From NCBI GenBank assembly GCA_964511095.1, contig CAZEEF010000002.1:1-31148 (forward strand): a stretch of DNA of 31,148 nt, read 5' to 3'. Under the pieces are notes generated by a model, which saw only the letters and a list, made by a program, of their open reading frames with translations, had not been told where the DNA came from and made no database searches. The number at the start of each line of letters is the position of its first letter. Within the stretch, counting starts at the first letter, position 1. The translations under genes and the position numbers were made by a program. This document shows positions 17,847 through 27,142 of this stretch, in pieces. The stretch is from an uncultured Coxiellaceae bacterium (GTDB lineage Bacteria > Pseudomonadota > Gammaproteobacteria > DSM-16500).

Positions 17847-18869
17847 ATGCGCAAACGTTTAATTCAAATAATTCTCAGAGTTAAGGTGATTATTCAAGAC
17901 AAACAATTTAAACATTTTGTCGCAAAAGGGTTTTTATGTGCATTGCCAGTGATCTTGGCGATAGTGTATGCAGAACATCGCATCGCCACGACCGCAAATA
18001 GTTATAATCAAAAAAAATTCGAACTGGAAAAAAATCTCGACAAAATTCAGGTGTTAGTTTTGGGTTCTTCCAATGCGCATTTTGGCATTAATCCACATGT
18101 GTTTTCTTATAATGGGTTTAATTTGGCTGAATTAGCTCAGTGGCCTTATTATGATTTACAATTGATGAAAAAATATATTAATCGTATGCCTCATTTAAAG
18201 TTGGTGATTTTTTCAGATGCCTATTTTACTTATAGCACAAATGAAAACGTAGATAAAAATGGAGACTGGCGTTTATTTGCCTATTTTCATACCTATGGTA
18301 TCTTGCCTCATCAACGTAGCGCTTTTTTAGGATGGTATCATCCTTTCGATCCGCGTCTTCTGAGTAATATCGTGCTCTATGGCGGTCAGCTTTATACATT
18401 ATGGACACAGGGATCAAGAGATCTCACTAAAGGAGTCAAAGAAGATGATGGCTTAGGTTGGATTAATTTTGGAGCTACTCCCTGCGATGATCCTGAAAAG
18501 CGTGGTAAAGCTGCTGCAAATGAGCATTATGCATTACAAACAGATAAATTTTTAGATCCAAATCTGGAGTATCTAGGTAAGCTAGCAAAATTACTTCAAC
18601 GGCATCATATTAAAATGGTTTTAGTGGAGCTTCCCCAACTACCTTCCTATAGAAATAACTTAGATCCAAAAAAAATCGGCTTACTCTTCAGCAAATTAGA
18701 TGCATTTGCGAAGCGATATCATCTAAAAAATGGTAATTATACAAATGACCCGCGTTTTGATGCTAAAGATTTTACTGTTCTGCCGGATCATCTCAATGGT
18801 GTTGGGGCTACCAAGATTAGTAAAATCATCGATCATGACTTGATTGTTCCTGAATTAAATAAAACGTGA
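17847..18869 (+). CDS. Membrane-anchored SGNH-like acyltransferase partner of the MBOAT (AlgJ/DltD/PatB-type role)
   Basis: Single N-terminal TM, VLVLGSS.A..G.NP (candidate Ser nucleophile) and C-terminal DHLN..GA (His); immediately downstream of the MBOAT. Confidence 0.65.
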   Translation: MRKRLIQIILRVKVIIQDKQFKHFVAKGFLCALPVILAIVYAEHRIATTANSYNQKKFELEKNLDKIQVLVLGSSNAHFGINPHVFSYNGFNLAELAQWPYYDLQLMKKYINRMPHLKLVIFSDAYFTYSTNENVDKNGDWRLFAYFHTYGILPHQRSAFLGWYHPFDPRLLSNIVLYGGQLYTLWTQGSRDLTKGVKEDDGLGWINFGATPCDDPEKRGKAAANEHYALQTDKFLDPNLEYLGKLAKLLQRHHIKMVLVELPQLPSYRNNLDPKKIGLLFSKLDAFAKRYHLKNGNYTNDPRFDAKDFTVLPDHLNGVGATKISKIIDHDLIVPELNKT

Positions 18870-18891
18870 CAGAGTGGATAATGGATTAGAA

Positions 18892-18917
18892 TGGATCCCC
18901 GCTTTCGCGGAGACGAC
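18892..18917 (-). repeat. Single REP-like palindromic element
   Basis: Minus strand reads GTCGTCTCCGCGAAAGCGGGGATCCA, close to the widespread GTCATCCCCGCGAAAGCGGGGATCCA-type REP/dRS3-like hairpin; lies between convergent genes. Confidence 0.55.
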
Positions 18918-18937
18918 AGACTCTAGACATCCCTCGT

Positions 18938-20992
18938 TTAAGTCCGAACTGGATGAGTCAATTTTGTTAAGACTAATTCATTAAATTCCGTTTTATCGGC
19001 TAAGATTTTTTTAGTAACGGAAAATGCACAATCTTCTTTGCCATTTAATATTTGTTGTCCTATAACTCCGCCCCAATAAGAAGTTTGTACTGGTATTTTT
19101 TTCACGAAGTTTTTATTTTTCGAGTAGAGGTAAAAAATCACAGCATATTCATGCCATCCATTCGGTACATCAACATAAATTCGATGACAACTTTTGAGTG
19201 CAGAATCGAAACGACTGATATTCCAATCATATTGCTTTTTTCCATCCGGGAAGTAATAAGTTTCCGCAAAGGAATAGGGTAAAGGATAGTGAGGAACATG
19301 ATATGCAGCCATATCAATACGTGCCAGGCCAAAACCAAATTGACTTAATGCAGCAAGAATGAGCAAAGAATTTCTTAGCGTAAAGATTTTATTGGATAAT
19401 AACAGTGGCACAAAGAATAAAATCATTGCATAAGGAGCAAGGAAATAGAGCCCTCTCGCCATTGCATAGATTCGTGTAGTTAGAAAAAAGAATAGCAACA
19501 TTCCCACCAAAACACCTGCGACTAAAAAAATCAAACGATATTTGGTAGCTGCCTCTTTGTAAGATTTAAAATTTACCCAAAGGAAAAGAACTAATATGAT
19601 TGTTAATAAAGCTCGCCAGTATTCTTGGGTGGTGTGGGCAAGACTGGCGAGAGGAGTCAAAAAATACATACCGAAGAAGCCATAAAATCCATCTATAATG
19701 GTGTAATAAATTAATTCCAAATGGCCTGCTGAAAAAATTTGTTTAAGGATATAGAGAAGAACATAAGCTTGATTTTCTGTATGAACGGTGGCATTGGAAA
19801 AATCTACAGCATTTAAAAATAAGGGTCTGAACCAATTTGCTTGACCAAAAAGAGGTTGTAAATATTCGCCATATACGGCTTGTGTCATTAAATTTTGAGC
19901 GCTAAAAGTCGCAGCCCAAATAAAATGTCCGATAGTGCCTTGGAAATAAAATAGGGATAATGAAAGTCCTAATAGGATGGCAAGTAAAACTTTTGCTGTT
20001 GCAGCAAAAGATATTTTTGATTTTTGTATTTTTAAACCAACAAAGTGGATAGAAAGCAAAGCTGTCAGCAATGCCGGTATATGAAACATAGTATTTTCTG
20101 GGTAAATATACAATGCAAAGCCAATTAAACATCCGAGTGGCAAAAGTTCAACGAAACGCAGAGGCGATTCATTTTGAATATTGCGCGCAGCAATAATAAC
20201 ATAAGTGACAACTGCCAATAAAAGAGGCATGGCACCTGTCATTGACCATGCATCAAAATCAATAAATGACTGTCCCCAAAACCCAATAAAAATAGCGATT
20301 GAAACGGTCATTGCACGATAGATTGAACATTTGAAGACGTTTGTGATGAGAAAAGTAGCTGCCAATATGCCATTGGCAACGAGTACGGTAAGGAATAAAT
20401 ATCCAAATCGATACATTTCTTGTCGACGTATATCGGTGAGTAGACCAAAAAGGTGTTCAATAGCGGGGCGACGGTATAGTTCAACGGCACCGAATATTGA
20501 AATTGGACTTCTTAAGAAAAATTCTCCAGAGCTTTGGTTGACTTCTTTAAAAGTTTCGTGATCATAAGTTAAAGCTGTTCCGAGATAAGAAAATTGATCC
20601 CAAATCCATCCTTGAAAAACGGAAAATCGCAGTCCACCCACCCAGTAGGGAATTAGAATAATGATTAAAGCTAACAACCAAATTAAGAAAATAGAAATAT
20701 TTGTTTTTGTATGTAGGGACAAAAAATTTACAACCTCATCTTTTTTGTAAATCAATACAAAACAAATCAGTAAAGCGAATCCCCAAAGTGTATGATAAAG
20801 ATGCAGGTGGCTTACGCCAAATCTATATGTAACTGTTGTCAGGAAACTGACGAATCCATAACCCAAAATAGTTGTAATTAAATATTTATTTTTAAATCGA
20901 GTGGCAGGAACTAAATATAGAAAAGGTAGGCCCAATAAAAAAGTTAAAATAAAAGCACTGCAAATAAAAAGGCAATCCGAGCCAAATAGCAT
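18938..20992 (-). CDS. Polytopic membrane protein, probable GT-C glycosyltransferase
   Basis: 684 aa with more than 10 TM segments, an acidic WDQFSY loop after the N-terminal helices, a YPE motif and a C-terminal soluble domain; GAGG ribosome binding site; divergent from a GtrB-like gene. Confidence 0.5.
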   Translation of the reverse strand: MLFGSDCLFICSAFILTFLLGLPFLYLVPATRFKNKYLITTILGYGFVSFLTTVTYRFGVSHLHLYHTLWGFALLICFVLIYKKDEVVNFLSLHTKTNISIFLIWLLALIIILIPYWVGGLRFSVFQGWIWDQFSYLGTALTYDHETFKEVNQSSGEFFLRSPISIFGAVELYRRPAIEHLFGLLTDIRRQEMYRFGYLFLTVLVANGILAATFLITNVFKCSIYRAMTVSIAIFIGFWGQSFIDFDAWSMTGAMPLLLAVVTYVIIAARNIQNESPLRFVELLPLGCLIGFALYIYPENTMFHIPALLTALLSIHFVGLKIQKSKISFAATAKVLLAILLGLSLSLFYFQGTIGHFIWAATFSAQNLMTQAVYGEYLQPLFGQANWFRPLFLNAVDFSNATVHTENQAYVLLYILKQIFSAGHLELIYYTIIDGFYGFFGMYFLTPLASLAHTTQEYWRALLTIILVLFLWVNFKSYKEAATKYRLIFLVAGVLVGMLLFFFLTTRIYAMARGLYFLAPYAMILFFVPLLLSNKIFTLRNSLLILAALSQFGFGLARIDMAAYHVPHYPLPYSFAETYYFPDGKKQYDWNISRFDSALKSCHRIYVDVPNGWHEYAVIFYLYSKNKNFVKKIPVQTSYWGGVIGQQILNGKEDCAFSVTKKILADKTEFNELVLTKLTHPVRT

Positions 20993-21175
20993 GTTACTAC
21001 CTCATGTGAATAAAAACGGAGTTTACCAGGCGTGAAAACAATACTGAATGCAATAGCGAAATTCAAGTATTTTAAACAAAACGTTGAGTTATTAACTCTT
21101 TAATTCTCAATAGAGATGGGTTAATATGCGGCAGAATTAAAAAATGGTTGAAAAATATAACAGGGATGGCACTCA

Positions 21176-22144
21176 ATGAGCCAAGAATGTGTTATAGCAA
21201 AAAATAAGCAGTTATCGATTATTGTTCCAGTGTATAAAGAAGCTGGAAATATTAAACCCTTTCTTGACCGTATGGTTACTGTTTTAAATAAAGCCAATTT
21301 GACCTATGAAATCATTTTTTGCCTCGATCCTTCCCCCGATAACACCCAAGAAATTATTCAACAAGAAATCGAACGAAATTCCAATATTCATTTATTACTT
21401 TTTTCACGACGTTTTGGCCAGCCTGCCGCAACCATGGCAGGAATACTGTATTGTAAAGGTGATGCATGTATCGTCATTGATGTCGATTTACAAGATCCAC
21501 CCGAATTAATTGAAACCATGTATGCAAAATTAAATGAAGGTTGTGAAGTCGTTTATGCGAAACGTCGTTCACGCAAAGGGGAAACCTTAATAAAACGGTT
21601 TATTTCATACCTCGGTTATAAAATCATTAATAAACTCAGTGATGTTCAAATTCCTCGCAATACTGGTGATTTTCGCATTATGACTCGACGGGTTATTGAA
21701 GAAATTCGTCGCTTGAATGAATCACATGGTTTTTTGCGCGGTTTGGTGGCATATGTTGGTTTTAAACAGGCTTTTATTGAATATGATCGTGATGAGCGTT
21801 TTGCGGGAAAGGGAAATTACAATCGTTTTACTGGGTCACTAAAAATTGGATTGAATGGTCTCATTAGTTTTAGTAGTCGACCTTTACAAATGATGTCAGT
21901 AGTGGGCGCCGCCATTGCCGGATTTAGTTTTATCCTCGGCATTTGGTATGTTATCCAAAAATTTGTTGTTATTAATTTGACTCCTGGATTGTCAACGACT
22001 GTTCTAGTGGTATGTTTTTTTTCAGGTGTTCAATTATTATGTCTTGGATTAATGGGTGAATATGTTGGACGTATTTACGATGAAGTCAAAAAACGTCCGA
22101 TGTATATCGTTGATAAGGTCATGAATAAAACGGAGTCGTCGTGA
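21176..22144 (+). CDS. GT2 polyprenol-phosphate glycosyltransferase, GtrB-like
   Basis: LSIIVPVYKE, SRRFGQ.AA..AG, IDVDLQDPP, GDFR.M.R, two C-terminal TMs, GEYVGRIYDEVK.RP.YIV. Confidence 0.92.
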   Translation: MSQECVIAKNKQLSIIVPVYKEAGNIKPFLDRMVTVLNKANLTYEIIFCLDPSPDNTQEIIQQEIERNSNIHLLLFSRRFGQPAATMAGILYCKGDACIVIDVDLQDPPELIETMYAKLNEGCEVVYAKRRSRKGETLIKRFISYLGYKIINKLSDVQIPRNTGDFRIMTRRVIEEIRRLNESHGFLRGLVAYVGFKQAFIEYDRDERFAGKGNYNRFTGSLKIGLNGLISFSSRPLQMMSVVGAAIAGFSFILGIWYVIQKFVVINLTPGLSTTVLVVCFFSGVQLLCLGLMGEYVGRIYDEVKKRPMYIVDKVMNKTESS

Positions 22145-23028
22145 CATTACCTTTTGTATTACCACCAGTGACCGAAGGATCTGCTATTCCGTTATGGGAA
22201 GGGAATGGTTTTCGAGTCGGACATGAACTTATTAATGTGTTGCAATACAGCATTAATACGTTAGGCTGGAATGATGATTTAACCCTGTTTCATGAAGAAT
22301 CAGCAGGCGATCAACATTTTATTGATAGAGCTTCTCGTGATCATGCCATGAGTCAGTTAAAAAACAATCTTAAACACGATTCCTATCCCGTGATTCTCGA
22401 AGTGGGTTGTTCGTCTGGATTCATGCTGCAACGTATGCAAAAAGCTTTTCCAGAAGCCATCATAGTAGGTTCTGATGTGGTTGTTGAACCGTTAAAAAAA
22501 TTATCTGAAAGATTTCCTAATATTCCATTATTGCGATTTGATATGTTGCATTGTCCATTGCCTGATAATAGCGTCGATGCTGTAGTAATGCTGAATGTAT
22601 TAGAACATATCAAAGAAGATGGAAAAGCATTGCAGCAAGCGTATCGTATTTTAAAACCGGACGGTATTTTAGTCATAGAAGTACCGGCTGGTCCGAATTT
22701 GTATGATGCATATGATAAAGTTTTGATGCATTACCGACGTTATGTGTTATCACAATTATGTCAATTAGTTAAAGAACAGCATTTTGAAATACTCAAAGAA
22801 TCGCATCTGGGATTTTTTCTTTATCCCGGTTTTTGGTTGGTAAAACAACGTAATAAACGATTGTTGACAGAATCAGTAGCAATACAGCACCAACAGGTTG
22901 ATAAGGCCATCCGTCAAACAGGTAAAAGCAAACTGATGCATGCCATTATGCAAACTGAATTACGTTTGGGTCGTTACGTAAAATATCCGAGAGGAATTCG
23001 TTGTTTAGTGACAGCAAGAAAAAAATGA
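22141..23028 (+). CDS. Class I SAM-dependent methyltransferase
   Basis: ILEVGCSSG, GSD, DAVVMLNVLEHI, LKPDG, H.RRY; GTG start overlaps the GT2 stop. Confidence 0.85.
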   Translation: MTLPFVLPPVTEGSAIPLWEGNGFRVGHELINVLQYSINTLGWNDDLTLFHEESAGDQHFIDRASRDHAMSQLKNNLKHDSYPVILEVGCSSGFMLQRMQKAFPEAIIVGSDVVVEPLKKLSERFPNIPLLRFDMLHCPLPDNSVDAVVMLNVLEHIKEDGKALQQAYRILKPDGILVIEVPAGPNLYDAYDKVLMHYRRYVLSQLCQLVKEQHFEILKESHLGFFLYPGFWLVKQRNKRLLTESVAIQHQQVDKAIRQTGKSKLMHAIMQTELRLGRYVKYPRGIRCLVTARKK

Positions 23029-23053
23029 TAAATAATAAATAGGAGAAAAAAAT

Positions 23054-24010
23054 TTGCGTTATTTTATCACAGGCTGTGCGGGCTTTATTGGCAGTAGTTT
23101 GACAGACAGATTGTTACAAGCAGGTCATGAAGTCATTGGCTTTGATAATTTTTCAACTGGGTTGTTGGAGTTTTTGCAGGGAGCAAAAAAATCATCCCGT
23201 TTTACATTCATTAATGACGATTTATTAAAAAAAGAATCCGTCATTCAATCAATGAAAAATGTGGATATGGTATTCCACATGGCCGCGAATGCCGACGTTC
23301 GATTTGGCACGCATCATCCTCACAAAGATTTAGAACAGAATGCGATTGCTACTTTTAATGTGTTAGAAGCCATGCGTATCAATCATGTTAAACGCATTGC
23401 TTTTGCATCCACGGGTTCAATTTATGGTGAAGCTGAACTGATTCCAACACCTGAACATGCCCCTTTTCCAGTGCAAACTTCCCTCTATGGCGCTTCAAAA
23501 TTGGCGGCAGAAGGTTTAATTCAGGCTTATTGCGAAGGATTTAATTTTCAAGGCTATATTTTCCGCTTTGTTTCAATTTTAGGGGAACGGTATACCCATG
23601 GTCATGTGTTTGATTTTTATAAACAATTGAGAAATGATCCTACACAATTACAAATTTTGGGAAACGGTAAGCAGCGTAAATCTTATCTATATATTCAGGA
23701 TTGTTTGGATGCGATGATGTGGGCGTTGGATCATGCAAACAATAAAATCAATATTTTTAATTTGGGCTTGGATGAATATTGTGAAGTGAATCATTCTATC
23801 AGTTGGATATGTGACTTTTTAAAAGTTTCTCCTATGTTTTCCTATTCAGGTGGCGAGCGTGGTTGGATTGGTGATAATCCATTTATTTATCTGGATTGTT
23901 CACGGATTCGAAAATTAGGATGGAAACCTAAATTAAGCATTCGCGAAGGCGTTTTACGCACTATTCAATATCTGACAGAAAATTCTTGGGTATTGGAGCA
24001 GAGATCATGA
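23054..24010 (+). CDS. NAD-dependent NDP-sugar epimerase (extended SDR)
   Basis: ITGCAGFIGS, HMAANADVR, STGSIYG, YGASK, LGNGKQRKSY; TTG start with AGGAG 8 nt upstream. Confidence 0.9.
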   Translation: MRYFITGCAGFIGSSLTDRLLQAGHEVIGFDNFSTGLLEFLQGAKKSSRFTFINDDLLKKESVIQSMKNVDMVFHMAANADVRFGTHHPHKDLEQNAIATFNVLEAMRINHVKRIAFASTGSIYGEAELIPTPEHAPFPVQTSLYGASKLAAEGLIQAYCEGFNFQGYIFRFVSILGERYTHGHVFDFYKQLRNDPTQLQILGNGKQRKSYLYIQDCLDAMMWALDHANNKINIFNLGLDEYCEVNHSISWICDFLKVSPMFSYSGGERGWIGDNPFIYLDCSRIRKLGWKPKLSIREGVLRTIQYLTENSWVLEQRS

Positions 24011-25299
24011 AAGTTGCTGTAGTAGGACTTTGGCATTTGGGTTCAGTCATTGCCGCCTGTTTGGCGAAAGTTGGGCATGATGTTATCGCTTATGATTCAA
24101 CAAACGAAACGGTCACCAATTTACAAAAAGGTCAGCCGCCTATTTTTGAACCTGGCTTGGAAAACTTATTGAACGAAGGTAGAGATGCAGGACACCTTGT
24201 TTTTTCAAGTTGCCCTGAAGATTTAAAAAATGCAGAAACAATTTGGATTACATTAGATACACCGGTGGATAATAATGATATCGCCGATGTTAATTCTGTC
24301 ATGCAAGAAGTTAAAAAAATAGTTTCATATTTACAAAAGAATGCATTGCTTATTATATCTTCACAGATACCTGTTCAGACGACTCATCAATTACAAGCAG
24401 ATTGTTTTGAAAGATATCCTGAAAAAAATATTTCATTTGCCTATTTGCCGGAGAATTTACGTCTAGGTAAAGCAATCGATGTATTCATGCATCCCGATCG
24501 TATTGTGATTGGGTTGGATGATCAGACACAAAAAGAAAAAATGATACAATTATTAAAACCCCTATCAGAAAAATTCATCTGGATGTCAATTGTTTCTGCA
24601 GAAATGACAAAACATGCCATTAATGCTTTTTTAGCTGTTTCAGTGACTTTTATTAATGAATTGGCAGTGTTATGTGAAACAGTTGGCGCGAGTGGTCAGG
24701 AAGTTGAAATGGGTCTCAAAAGTGAAGAACGAATTGGGCCCAAAGCTTATTTACGGCCTGGCGATGCCATTGCAGGCGGTACATTAATGCGTGACATTCA
24801 TTATCTGACCCAATTGGGAGAGCAAAAGCAGCGTCATTCATTTTTACTATCAGCAATCATACAAAGCAATGATTATCATAAACAATGGGCATGTCGAAAA
24901 TTAGCAGATTTGTTAAAAACATTAAATGGAAAAAAAATCGCGATGCTTGGGCTGACATATAAAGCGGACACCGATACATTGCGACGTTCAACCGCAATTG
25001 AAACATGCGAATGGTTACATCAGAACGGGGTAACTGTTCAAGCTTACGATCCGTCTATTAGTACATTACCCGATGAATATGCTCAATTTATTCAAATCAA
25101 ATCAACTATCAAAGAAGCATTAAGTGATGCCGATGCAGTCGTGATTTCCACGGAATGGCCGCAATTTCGAGAAATGACAGCGGATGAATGTATGCAATAT
25201 TTGAAACAGCCTTATGTGTTGGATCCCAATGGTTTTATTGCCAGAAATCTGAAATCAGATGCACGCATCAATTATTTTACTGTCGGAGTACCCGCATGA
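24007..25299 (+). CDS. UDP-glucose/GDP-mannose dehydrogenase family protein lacking the catalytic Cys (LmbL-like candidate)
   Basis: Three-domain UGD pattern: P..EPGL, PE.LR.G.A, AEMTKHAINAFLA, GLTYK..TD..R.S. GGTLMRD replaces GGSCFPKD. ATG 24007 overlaps the previous stop. Confidence 0.85.
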   Translation: MKVAVVGLWHLGSVIAACLAKVGHDVIAYDSTNETVTNLQKGQPPIFEPGLENLLNEGRDAGHLVFSSCPEDLKNAETIWITLDTPVDNNDIADVNSVMQEVKKIVSYLQKNALLIISSQIPVQTTHQLQADCFERYPEKNISFAYLPENLRLGKAIDVFMHPDRIVIGLDDQTQKEKMIQLLKPLSEKFIWMSIVSAEMTKHAINAFLAVSVTFINELAVLCETVGASGQEVEMGLKSEERIGPKAYLRPGDAIAGGTLMRDIHYLTQLGEQKQRHSFLLSAIIQSNDYHKQWACRKLADLLKTLNGKKIAMLGLTYKADTDTLRRSTAIETCEWLHQNGVTVQAYDPSISTLPDEYAQFIQIKSTIKEALSDADAVVISTEWPQFREMTADECMQYLKQPYVLDPNGFIARNLKSDARINYFTVGVPA

Positions 25300-26168
25300 A
25301 ATTACTGGGAAAATGCGCTGTTATTACGGGTGCGAATCAAGGTTTCGGATTAGAAATTGCTAAGGAATTTATAAAGCAGGGTGCGAATGTGATGTTATGC
25401 GCACGCAATGCCGAAATGCTTTTTCAAGTGCAAAAAGAGTTAAGAATATTAGCTGCAAATAATTCAAAGGTATTGGTACAAAAAACGGATGTTTCCAAAA
25501 TAAATGAAGTAGAACAATTAATAGAAATCACAATTAAAGAATTTGGAAAAATGGATATTCTTGTTGCGAATGCGGGAGTGTATGGTACAAAAGGTGCTAT
25601 CGATGAAATTGATTGGAATGAATGGTCGGATGCAATTGATATTAATTTAAAAGGGACTGTGCTGCAGTGTCGTGCTGTACTTCCGCATTTCAAAAAAAAT
25701 AAATATGGAAAAATTATTATATTATCTGGTGGTGGCGCAACGAAACCCATGCCTTTTTTAAGTGCCTATGCTGCTTCAAAAGCAGCAGTCGTCAGATTTG
25801 CTGAAACACTGGCAGAAGAAGTAAAAGCCTTTGGCATTGATGTCAACACGGTTGCACCGGGTGCTCTCAATACCCGTTTGTTAGATGAAATATTAGCTGC
25901 AGGCCCCGAAAAAGTCGGTGCGGATTTTTATAAACAGGCAGTTAAACAAAAAGAAACAGGCGGTACACCGTTAAATGTTGGTGCTTCACTTTGCGCATTT
26001 CTTGCAGCATCTGCAAGTGATGGCGTCACGGGCAAATTAATTAGTGCTGTATGGGATCCCTGGATTAAATTTCCTGAAGTATTGGAAGAATTACGACAGT
26101 CTGATATATACACATTACGCCGTATTGTGCCAACTGATCGCGGCAAAAACTGGGAAGACGTATCGTGA
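25296..26168 (+). CDS. Short-chain dehydrogenase/reductase
   Basis: AVITGANQGFG, LVANAG, SGGG, YAASK, VNTVAPG; ATG 25296 overlaps the previous stop. Confidence 0.9.
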   Translation: MKLLGKCAVITGANQGFGLEIAKEFIKQGANVMLCARNAEMLFQVQKELRILAANNSKVLVQKTDVSKINEVEQLIEITIKEFGKMDILVANAGVYGTKGAIDEIDWNEWSDAIDINLKGTVLQCRAVLPHFKKNKYGKIIILSGGGATKPMPFLSAYAASKAAVVRFAETLAEEVKAFGIDVNTVAPGALNTRLLDEILAAGPEKVGADFYKQAVKQKETGGTPLNVGASLCAFLAASASDGVTGKLISAVWDPWIKFPEVLEELRQSDIYTLRRIVPTDRGKNWEDVS

Positions 26169-27142
26169 AAATCGCTATTATTGGCTGTGGGTCAATCGGG
26201 CAAAAAAGAGCAAAGACATTAGCAGGATGTCAGCTGGTTGCATGCGTTGATCTCGTCAAAGAAAAAGCGGATGCCCTGGCAAACGAATTTCCAGATTGTG
26301 TGGCATTGACTGAGTGGCAAGAAGTCATTAATAGAACCGATATAGATATCGTCATTATTTCTACGCTGCATGCAAACTTGGCTGAAATTGCTTTTGCCGC
26401 AGCAAATGCAGGCAAACATATGTTGATAGAAAAGCCGGGAGCCCGAAATGCAAATGAATTGGATTCTGTCATCACTGCTGCCAAAAAATCGGGTTCATTA
26501 ATTCGGGTGGGTTTTAATCATCGTTATCATCGCGCTTTTCAAAAAGCACGAGCCCTGATTGATCAAAATGAATTAGGTGAACTTATGTTTTTGCGGGGTC
26601 GCTACGGGCATGGTGGACGTGTCGGATACGACAAAGAATGGCGTGCCGATCCAGTATTATCCGGTGGTGGCGAATTAATCGATCAAGGCGTTCATCTGAT
26701 TGATTTGGCACGCTGGTTTTTAGGTGATTTTAGTGAAGTACAAGGGCATGCGCATACTTACTTTTGGAATATGCCGGTTGATGACAATGGTTTTCTCTTG
26801 TTAAAAACGCCAAAAAAACAAACCGCTTTTTTACATGCCAGTTGTACAGAATGGAAAAATACTTTTTCATTTGAAATTTATGGACGTAAGGGAAAAATTG
26901 ATATCAACGGATTAGGCGGTAGTTACGGCACGGAGCGTATTAGTTTTTACAAAATGTCAGAAAAAATGGGGCCGCCGGAAACATTTATGTGGGAATATCC
27001 TATGATGGATAATTCGTGGGAACTTGAATTGAAAGAATTTTGTGAAGATATCAAACAAAATCGTCAACCCATGCCGGGTATTCACGATGCACAGGCTGCA
27101 TTAAAGATTGTAGAGGAAGTTTACAGGATGTCAGAATTATGA
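26165..27142 (+). CDS. Gfo/Idh/MocA family oxidoreductase (LmbZ-like candidate)
   Basis: IIGCGSIG, H..IEKP, VGFNHRY, GGGELIDQGVH.ID; GTG start overlaps the previous stop. Confidence 0.88.
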   Translation: MKIAIIGCGSIGQKRAKTLAGCQLVACVDLVKEKADALANEFPDCVALTEWQEVINRTDIDIVIISTLHANLAEIAFAAANAGKHMLIEKPGARNANELDSVITAAKKSGSLIRVGFNHRYHRAFQKARALIDQNELGELMFLRGRYGHGGRVGYDKEWRADPVLSGGGELIDQGVHLIDLARWFLGDFSEVQGHAHTYFWNMPVDDNGFLLLKTPKKQTAFLHASCTEWKNTFSFEIYGRKGKIDINGLGGSYGTERISFYKMSEKMGPPETFMWEYPMMDNSWELELKEFCEDIKQNRQPMPGIHDAQAALKIVEEVYRMSEL

